DNA from: Chrysomallon squamiferum
Taxonomy: Eukaryota; Animalia; Mollusca
NCBI GenBank assembly: GCA_012295275.1
Contig: CM022671.1
Coordinates: forward strand, 5,456,001-5,520,000
Direction: 5' to 3'
Length of the DNA: 64,000 nt
Part shown: positions 54,906 through 64,000 of the stretch, piece by piece
How the letters are laid out: the number at the start of each line of letters is the position of its first letter
Numbering within the stretch: the stretch's first letter is position 1
The notes under the pieces: model-generated
What the model saw: the letters and a program-made list of their open reading frames with translations, nothing else
Told to the model about the DNA's origin: nothing
Database searches by the model: none
Translations under genes and position numbers: made by a program

Positions 54906-57900
54906 ACAGAGGGAGAGAGAGAGTTATTTCTGTGCATACAGAACCATTTTTTTATATTAAATACTGTTTTCACTTGAATGTAACCCAATCAGGTGAATTT
55001 ATTGTTAAATATAATTGCAAATTATGTTAGTAAAATAGAATTTATTTATATTCATATCTGATATTGTAACTTAACATTTCTGTGGTTTAGAAATCCTGTT
55101 ACACAGTAATTAATTGCAGGTTAAATCAATGTTGCTGCTGTCTTTGGGTTATATCCAATTCCAACCAATGCCATACAATGTGTGTGTCTAACAACACATT
55201 GTCATTATTTGTTAGAAAGTGCACCACATAAAAGATTCCTAGCTGCTAATTTATAAGAATAACCCACATAATGACAGCAGCTTGTTTTTTTTTACAGAAA
55301 TTGTAATTGTTTGATAAAATGACTGTGGATAGTAAAACGAGGTATTCAGTATTAATTGATTCCATGTTTTGTAGGTCACACGACTCCAAACAGCCTGGAA
55401 GATGATTTCACCGACTGCAGAGACAGCAGTCAGCTGAGCACCTCGGAACAGTCGGAGAACGAGGACATCAAAGTGTTCGAGTCGTACGTTGAAGAATTCA
55501 ACAGGAAAAAAGACCAGCAGAACTTCAGTCCCCTGCACCGTCCAATTGCCAAACGACTTCCAGCCACACCGAGTTTGCCAGCAGAATCCATTCCTCATGT
55601 TCCACCTCCTCAGGGTGACGATTTCACAGACTTCAAGTCAGCTCCTGCAACTACAACAACCACGGCAGTGGTTAGACAGAAAAATGCTGCCAGCAAGGAG
55701 ACGTTGTTGCGCGCTGCTAGGAAGTTGGAGTCAGTGTCTGCTGGTCCAGATGATGAGTTTTCAGAATTCCAGGCAGCGCCGGTCAAAAATGTCAAACCTT
55801 CACCATCTGGTCCAAACCTTCTCGGTGATGAAGACAAGTACAGCGCTCTGAGGTCTGTAGATGTTCTGGAGACAGCAGTGTTCGACAAAACAGCAGAACC
55901 TGCTGAAGAAGGGTTTGCTAACTTTGAAGAAGTGGAGAAGAACGATGATGACTGGGCACCATTTGCTGAGGCAGGACAGGAGCAGAATTCTTCAGTTGTA
56001 CCTGGTCTCACTTCAAAGGGATCTCTGCCTCAGTTAGGAGATGCTGCAGGTCCAGCTAATCAGTCTGGTCTGAAGTCTGTTGATTCTGCTCCAGTTTTAA
56101 CCAGTAATGTTGAATCTCAAACAAAATCCACAGTGGACACAACTTCTTTCTTTAAATCAGTATCCAGTGAGCCTGAATCCACAAAACCAACAGTGGAAAA
56201 AGATTCCATTTTGAGTCTGTTTGGATCTGAAGGGAAGAAGGATGATGATGACTGGGCAGACTTTGCTACTGCTCCTGCCACCAACTCAAACAAGACATTC
56301 AGTGTGGCTGCCCCAGTACCAAGGACTGGTCAAGCTTTGTTCTCCGAGCCACACAGTTATGATAACAAAGTTGGACACTTGGCAGGTGTGCAGGACAGAT
56401 ACGGTGAATTTATTCATGGGAACAGAACTTTAAACAACGTGGATGAGACTGACAACCAGCGAAACAATGCCCCAGACTCTTCACCTCACACTGAGAACCC
56501 CACTGAACTTCTCACTGTGAAAAAGACGAATCTTCCATCCGATGAAATCATGGGAGTCTTCAAGATGAGAGAAGATCCTTCACACCTTGCCAAGCTCAAA
56601 CGACCTTCACCTCCAAAATCCGAGTCATCCAAATCAGTTCGACTCTCATCTCAAGAATCTGACACGGATGATGACAGACTTCCCCCGCCCATGGATTTCC
56701 CTGATGAGGAAGAGGATCACATCGCCTTCTCGCGAGGATACGATGGTCTGGACGAGATTGTGAACAAGCCTGTTGTAACCACATCTTACAATCCATACGG
56801 AATAACCACCACTTCACTGTACACGTCTGCTTTCAGTAAGAAGCAGACGGCAAGGACTGTGGGGTCTGGGCTGGGTCCTCTCACTGATCATCCTGTAGAG
56901 AGAATTGATGATGATGAGAGTTCATCGTCTAAAGATCAGGACAGCTGGAAGGACAGACCAGAACCAGAGAGTCGAGAAGATAGTCAATCAATCTCCAGTC
57001 TGGACTTGAACCACAGGATCACTGCAAGTCACAAGGACTCAGACAGCGGAGGAACAGACAGCCAGTCAGTGTCCAGTGCAGAGTTTGGCAGTTTTGATGT
57101 GACTTCACGAGGTCCAGTGGAATCAAAATCAGTGGACAGTCTGGACCTGAAGAATGAACCACCACCTGATGATGAAACACAGACTGGATACATGAACTCT
57201 TCACAGTTAAACCCAGGTATGTACTTAGATGTCTCTGCATTGTCTATCTTTCTGTCTGTATGTGTTATCTGTTGATGAAACATAGACTAGATATATGTCA
57301 GATGTAGGCATATACTTAGATGTGTCTGTATTGTCTGTCTTTCTGTCTGTATGTGTGTAATTGATATCTGTTGATGAAACACAAACTAGATATATGTCAA
57401 ACTCCTGTATATAATTAGATGTGTCTGAATTGTCTCTAAGTTTGTATGTGTTGTCTGAAGATAAATCACAAACTAGATATGTTAATTATTCACTCTCAAA
57501 CTCACATAGATTTGCATTTAGATTTGTCTGTATGTTCATATGTGCACTGTACAATTAGGTACATAGAACCTAGATGTGTCTGTCCACATGTTTAAACTTG
57601 TTATCTTGTGATGTGTGATAAAACTATGCATGTGTTTGTATGTGTGTGTCTGTGTCTGTGTCTGTGTGTCTGTGTTTTGTTTTCTAGCATCATTTATAGC
57701 CAGAGAATAAAATATTTGTGAAAAATGAATCATAGATTATTGGCTACATTACATGATTTTGTTCACAAGTCAGTAAGAACAGCTGTAAGATTACAGGAAT
57801 TGATTTCTTTTCATATCACCATTTCTAAAATAAATAATAATAAATAAATAAATAAATAAATAAGTAATACATAAAAGTTTAAGAAATAAGAAATTCATGA

Positions 57901-60900
57901 CTGAATAACTGATAACTCTGATAATAAAAATCATTAGGAATCATTACATAAATTTTCATTTACTCATTCATTTGTTGTTGTTATATACAAAAATATACAA
58001 AAATTTTACACAGAACATTTTTTAACTGAGATCTTATAAACATTCTCCGAGTCACAGCTTGACAATAAACTGTTATTGATCCAGTACACTACATATGTTA
58101 CAGTCCTGTAATACGAGATGAAAATAATCTGTTAATGACCCAGTAGTCTTGAATTTGTAAATAAAAACATTCACACATATTCACATCTGAATCTATATAA
58201 GCAGTGAAAATCTTTAAGTGTTGAGAATTTGAGACTGAAAAATTGGATTAATGTTTTGTTTGCTTATTCAGTAATGAATTCTAGTGATATGTGGAGAATT
58301 TGTATTTGAAATTTTATATTTTATTTTATTTTTTTTTTTTAAAAGAAAATAAATGTTCAAATGCTTTTGTGTCCAGTAAGTATTTTTGTTAATTAATTAT
58401 TTTATTTATTTATTTATTTATTTATTTATTATTGTTTGTTGTTTTTTGTTACTGTTATTGTTATTGTTGTTATATTGTTGTTGTTTTTATTATTATTGTT
58501 GCTGCTGTTATTATTATTATTATAATTATTATATATATATTCTAGATTGGTAGATGTTTTAAAAAAATGTTTAATGTATATAATCTTTATTGTTGTGACA
58601 CCAAATTTTTTATTTCTTGTAACTACATAATGTATCATATTAGTTATAATGAAGTATATTGTTATAAAGTAATTTGTTAAAATAATTTCTAAGCTGTGGG
58701 TGGTTGGAATGGATTAATGATATTTCAGTTAATTTCATTTGGGAATATTGATTTGATATACAAGCAATGGAATGAATTAAACTGGTCAAGGTACCACTGT
58801 ATATATATTATTTATGAATATTTAATTATTTATTATTAGGATCATCATGTTCACCAACAGTTACAGTGGCACCAAATCTTTTATTTTCTGAAAATCGTAT
58901 TATATACAGATACAAAATTATAATTAAATATGTCAGTATCACATTTATAAAGTTGTTAAACAAATTTAATAAGATATATATATATATATATATATATATA
59001 AATTTATTTATTGTTAGGATTGTCATATCCAGTGACAGTGGCACCAAAATTTCTGATCTCTGGCAGGATGAAGCCTCTTGCAGATCGTTACAACATTGGT
59101 GATGAAGTTCAGGTAAGTCTGAATGAACTTCAGTTTTGTTTACTATCAGAAGCAAAGAAGAATACTTCAGTAGTTCAGTGGGAAAAACGTTCACCTTAAT
59201 AAACAATGGTTTGCAGAAAGAGTAAACAAAATATATGAAGAACATTATTGATATTAGTAATGTAAATTTAATTCAGGATGTAGTTAATTATTCTAATTTA
59301 TTCATCTGTTTCACTAGTGTCAGAAACAGATGTATTTTATCAAGTTAGTTAATTATTTAGTATCCATTGTTTTTGCTTAAGACATATTTTTTAGTTTAAT
59401 TTTTTTTTTTTTTCTTTTAGTAATTATTAATACAAAAGTTTTAATTTATTGAATAACCTATTTGTATATTATTATTATTCTTGTTATGATTATGAATACT
59501 ATTGCATTTTGTTTGTGTTGCATTTTAGTTATTATTATTATTATTATTATTATTGTTACATTTGTCTTCTAGGGTAACAACAATCATGAGTATGAATGGG
59601 AGCGTTGCCTTGACAACTGTTGCCGTATGATACAGGATGCAAACACAGTGTTTAACTCTGTCAGTAGTTCAGTGGTTTGTAATGAGGTTAAAAATAATTT
59701 TATATTTAAATACAATATAAAATATAGACTCTCTGACTATATAGGGCTTACAGAATATGTGACAGGTAGAAATAATTTTATATTAAAACCAATATAAAAT
59801 ACAGATTCTCTGACTATATAGATTATGTAAATCTAAATTACAGATTATATAATCAGGTAAAAAATTATTTTATATTTAAAACAATATCTATAAAATAAAT
59901 GTATTATCAATTATAGTCCATTTGTATCTTACACAAAAAATTTATTTTCGCTCTCTTTAATGTAATTAATGTATATGGTAACAAATATTTATTATGTTTA
60001 TAGATTTTAAAATTGTCACATTTAATCATAAATAATAAATATGAATTTGGCATCATGAAAGATTATAAATATTTTTAAATTTAATTTATGCAAAAAACAA
60101 TAAACCCACAGATTTCAAATCATTATATAAAACAATCTATATATTTCTGAAATTAACACTTGTGATATAGAAAATACTTTGTGCTATGTGCTGTGTATTG
60201 TAATTTGAAATTGTTTTTACAGCTATTGTTGAAATCTACAAAGTGGTTTGTCGCATTATGGCTGCCATGATGTCATCAGGTAATATTTTTGTGTCAGTTT
60301 TTAAATTAGCCTTATAAAATATTATTTATTTATTTATTCATTTATTTTATTTATTTTTTTTTTTTTTTTTTAATATATCAATAGTATCATGTTTTCTGAA
60401 ACTAACTAGATTGTTTATTTTCTGATTTTTGATTCATAACAAGTTCAGTTTAATTGTTCTGTGTGATAGGCCATTTTTTTTTAGTTATGTGGATAAAAAC
60501 CAGTAGAGGTTTTAGCAATTGATTCAGTTGGTAAAAGTAAATTATTTGAAAAAAAGAATTAAAAGATTATAAAATATAACATGCATCTTACTGTGACTTG
60601 CAAGCATTTTATTATACTGTACATTGTCAGACTTTGGAAAACATCCAAAAGGGGAGACCACTCTGACTGCATGTTTCTTAAATCTGTTTTTCTGATAAAT
60701 GTTTAGTGATCTGTGAAAAGCTGAGTGGATGTGTTAAAACTGAGTTTTTTTATTTTGCAGGAATCAAGACACCAACTCTGGAAAAATTGCTAAAAGAAAT
60801 TGATCTGAGTTGGAACAATTTAACTGCTTTCTTGATGGGGGCATCCATACTGGTAAATAAAAAAATAAATGAACAGTAGAATAGAATAGAATAAAATAAA

Positions 60901-61297
60901 ATAATTATGATAGCTTTCTTAATATGAATATCTTTATTGGTAAATATGTAGATACATAAATAGTAAAATAAATTGAGTTTTGAAAATTCATTAGATTTAG
61001 TTAGTTATCTTTTTATGTTTGCATGATTTTTTTATTTAAAAAAAAAATAAAAAATAAAAAAAATAAAATATGATTTTTTCATTCATTCTTTCATTTTTTT
61101 TTTTTTTTTATATACTTACATATTTATTTATTTATTTATTTGTTTAAATCCATACTTTATTTTATTTATTATTTATATTTTATGTATATGTTCATTATTA
61201 TTTATTTATTTATGCACAAATGTATTTATTTGTTTATGTACATATTTTTTTTTTTTATTATATTTATTATTATTTGTTTTTATTTTTTTATTTTTTT

Positions 61298-61336
<39 letters not shown>

Positions 61337-61606
61337 CTTACTTACTTACTTACTTACTTACAGCCAGATCCACAGACACTGGATTTTTTCCACGCAGTAA
61401 TCAAATCAGACAGTGATACAGCTCAACAGAAATGTTGCGGAGTTTGTTTGCTCAACGTAGATGTCAAGGACAAAGGTCTGAATGATGACAATGGAGTGGC
61501 CAAGCTGACGTACGGGGGTAGGCAGTACCACGCCCCTTGTGCCAACTTCTGGGTGAACTGTGTAGACTCCACTCTTCCTGCCCTTCGCCTCCCTGAACTG
61601 TTATAG
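42144..61606 (+). CDS. SYNRG: Synergin gamma (AP-1 gamma-adaptin ear-binding EH-domain protein), about 1610 aa; contains an apparent +1 frameshift
   Basis: Exons 42144-42157, 42995-43023, 43306-43433, 43743-43822, 44089-44288, 44620-44847, 45269-45457, 46153-46303, 46770-46929, 47488-48119 (one extra base), 48447-48776, 49329-49389, 50332-50438, [53672-53701 optional], 55375-57216, 59018-59112, 59573-59765, 60223-60279, 60761-60852, 61364-61606. EH domain GIETDRLYPILLLSGLPREVLGNIWQLANRETPG; many acidic F/W-x-x-F motifs (FGDF, FADF, FTDF, FSEF, WADF); C-terminal WERCLD, IDLSWNNL, CGVCLLNVD and YHAPCANFWVNCV. The first small exons are less certain. Confidence 0.92.
48783..48960. repeat. 33-bp tandem repeat TTTTTGTTTTATGTTTTTTCTTCAAG(T/A)GATACG, about 5 copies
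   Basis: Directly visible just after the exon donor at 48777; explains the RFCFMFFLQVI repeat in the ORF track. Confidence 0.9.
49560..49960. repeat. Degenerate tandem repeat of about 30-35 bp (ATCTTTAATTCATTATCATTTATCTTAAACCTCT)
   Basis: Recurring unit visible in a SYNRG intron. Confidence 0.75.
50445..51600. repeat. Degenerate tandem repeat of about 40 bp (GATAAATGATAATAACAGGTATATAAAAAACACCTGA)
   Basis: Many decayed copies beginning right after the exon donor at 50439. Confidence 0.8.
52286..52352 (+). other. tRNA-like Pol III head (A-box plus B-box), decayed SINE or tRNA pseudogene
   Basis: GCTGTG-TAGTGCAGTGG-TTAGAG...CCA-GTTCAAACC-TCACTGC. A-box and B-box are at tRNA spacing, but the stems pair poorly. 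Confidence 0.45.
53672..53701 (+). CDS. SYNRG: Candidate 30-nt alternatively spliced microexon of SYNRG (AECSNHSPVK)
   Basis: TTTTCTTTCAG|CCGAGTGCTCTAACCACTCGCCGGTCAAAG|GTAGAT. Phase 1-1, frame-preserving, GC/CpG-rich island inside a CpG-poor intron. Confidence 0.65.
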
Positions 61607-62085
61607 TACAGACATTTATTGTTATGGTAAAGATAATAATTGTTTCAGTACAGACAATAATTGTTGGGTAAAGACAATAATTATTACAGTACAGACAATA
61701 ATTTTTCAGTACAGACAATAATTGTTGTTGTACAGGCATTAATTGTTGAGTAAAGATAATAATTGTTACAGTACAGACAACAATTGTTTCAGTACAGACA
61801 GTAATTGTAGTAAAGATAATAATTGTTAAAGTACAGATGATAACTTGCTGTACAGACGATAATTGTTGAGTAAGAATAATTGTTATAGTAGACAATAATT
61901 GTTGAGTAAAGATAATTTTTATAGTACAGACAATAATTGTTGAGTAAAGATAATAATTGTTATAGTACAGACAATAATTGTTAAGTAAAGATAATAATTG
62001 TTACAGTACAGACAATAATTGTTATAGTACTGAGAATAATTGTTGAGTAAAGATAATAATTGATGAGTACAGTTAATTGTTAAGA
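61599..62085. repeat. Minisatellite in the SYNRG 3' UTR, alternating 20-21 bp subunits (TTGTTATAGTACAGACAATAA / TTGTTGAGTAAAGATAATAA)
   Basis: Directly visible; the first unit overlaps the last codon and stop of SYNRG. Confidence 0.9.
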
Positions 62086-64000
62086 AATTTTGCCATACAT
62101 TGTTAATGATGGATTACTAACTCTACTGTTGTAATAGAAATTTAAACAAATTAAAACATTTTTCTTAACTTAAAATAATAAATTTAACTCAATTTAAAAC
62201 TTAAATTTACAAATAATTGATACTCCCTTTTCTGGTGTATAGCACATCCTTACATTACATAATACAGGCATATTGTTAAATTGTTGTTAATATATTGTCG
62301 TATAGTATTACAGCATTATTTTTCTAACTGATTCTTTACCAAAACTCAGAATTTTACAGTGTAAAGTAAATACTTCATACAGAAACTAATAATATTGGCT
62401 CAGATTCTTATAGCACTGGCTAAAACTTTATAATCCAAACTCATGTTCTTGTTGTACCAACTAAATTTAAATACTTTTGTGGATCAGTGTGTTGACAAAA
62501 AACAATTTAAATAATTTTGTGGATCAGTTATTAATCAGTGTGTTGATAATCCTACCCCTCTGCTCCTCCTATGTCCCCACCCCAGAACTGTGTATAGATG
62601 TGAAAGGTTTCATGTTGTGCTCAACGTAATAAAGTGTACTGTACTAATTTAAAATGTGCCGTTAAAACAGAACATTAATAGCATAATAGAAACAGTTATT
62701 GAAGCTACCTTGAAGAACAAACCGTGGAACAAAATAACAAACTTAGTAATCATTAGGATGGAGAATGCAGTTGTTATAATAATAATAATAATAGTAACAG
62801 CAACGTAATATTAAAAATAATAAAATAATACAGTTTTTGGTTATATAAATAGAATGAGTTATCTTCTCCTGATTTAGATTTACACTGATTTTGAAACAGG
62901 CTCTGGCAGTTAAATTATTGTTTTTAATGTCCTTGTTAATTTCTATTTACTATTTTTTTTTTTTATTATTAATTTATGTTTCAAAAGATTGAAGTAATAA
63001 AGAATATTACAGTGCATAACCAGACAAATATAGATTCCACTTTCTTCATTGGAACATTATTATTACTGTTGTTGTTAGTTATTATTATTATTTGTTATTA
63101 GTATTAAAACTGCTTTTGTAATATTATAATTATTATTATAACTTCTATCATCATTAGTGTTATCCGTTATTATCATTACTATTATTATTATATTATTATT
63201 ATTTATTTATTTATTATCAAAGCACAAAAGAAAAGCATTTGGTTTATTGACATCAGTAAATGGTCTTTGTTCCAGAATGTTGACATAACACCATATTTTA
63301 ACAAATAATATCATAGGGCACGTGCAAATACCTGTTTTAATATGCCATTCAACACTTAGCTGTATATATTTGTCAACTGATTTATATGTGTGTTTATATA
63401 TATATATATATCTTTTTGTTCTTGTTGCTTTTTTTTCTAATTTATTTTTAAACTCTAACATTCCGGTTACTAATTTGGAATTTTTTATTTTATAAAAAAA
63501 AAAAATTGAATTTTGTTAAGTTGGTTTGTTTTCAGAAAATTGTGATGCCAAGATTTAGCTTTAGTTCTTAATATTCGAGGTGTTTTAATGTTTTTTGTGT
63601 TTGTTTTTCTGTTTGGAAAACAGTGATAGCCTACAACCAATTTGCATAGTTATTAGTGGGCTCAGCATCTTAGGATACAAATAAACTGTGACCAGGCTTG
63701 AATGAAATACAAGTGGAAGGCATTTATACATAATTAGACATGTGATAACTTCCAATGGATGTTGAAGTGTAAACGTTGTGGGCTCTGTAGTGATCTGTTT
63801 TGATACATTTAACAAGGATGGTATTGAAAAAAGTGTTAACAGTTCACACATTTAATGGTGAATTCATTCTGGTTAAAACTATGTCTGAACATTCATCAGG
63901 AAATGTATGACAAGAAGATATAAATTGAAATGTTTTTTGTTAAGAGATATTGGATAGAAAAAAAAATTGTTTAATACAACTTTGTTTAGTGGGGTGTTTT

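Noticed and set aside
55489-57283. Overlapping and antisense ORFs within the large SYNRG exon
   Set aside because: Shadow frames of a long GC-richer coding exon with no independent evidence.

Overview
AT-rich, microsatellite-dense eukaryotic DNA with spliceosomal GT-AG introns. It is probably a lophotrochozoan, most likely a mollusc; this is inferred from gene content and repeat style. Almost all entries in the ORF track are simple-repeat artefacts, so the gene models below were built by hand from splice sites and reading-frame phase. Left half, minus strand: a tandem array of universal stress protein (USP/UspA-domain) genes. Three are complete 4-exon genes (16543-19164, 21961-23534, 28774-35840). 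Two are lone 70-nt first exons (2629-2698, 13896-13965) with no downstream exons found in the window; they may be alternative first exons of one gene continuing off the left edge. Right half, plus strand: an 8-exon GH29 alpha-L-fucosidase (36975-41038), head-to-head with the last USP gene, with CLEAR/M-box motifs just upstream of its ATG. It is followed by a 19-20 exon synergin-gamma gene (42144-61606) with an apparent +1 frameshift in a GQVVPG repeat exon, a candidate 30-nt microexon followed by a dense TGCATG cluster, and repeated tandem duplications seeded at exon boundaries. Also present: minisatellites, a Tigger/pogo-like MITE and decayed SINE-like remnants.
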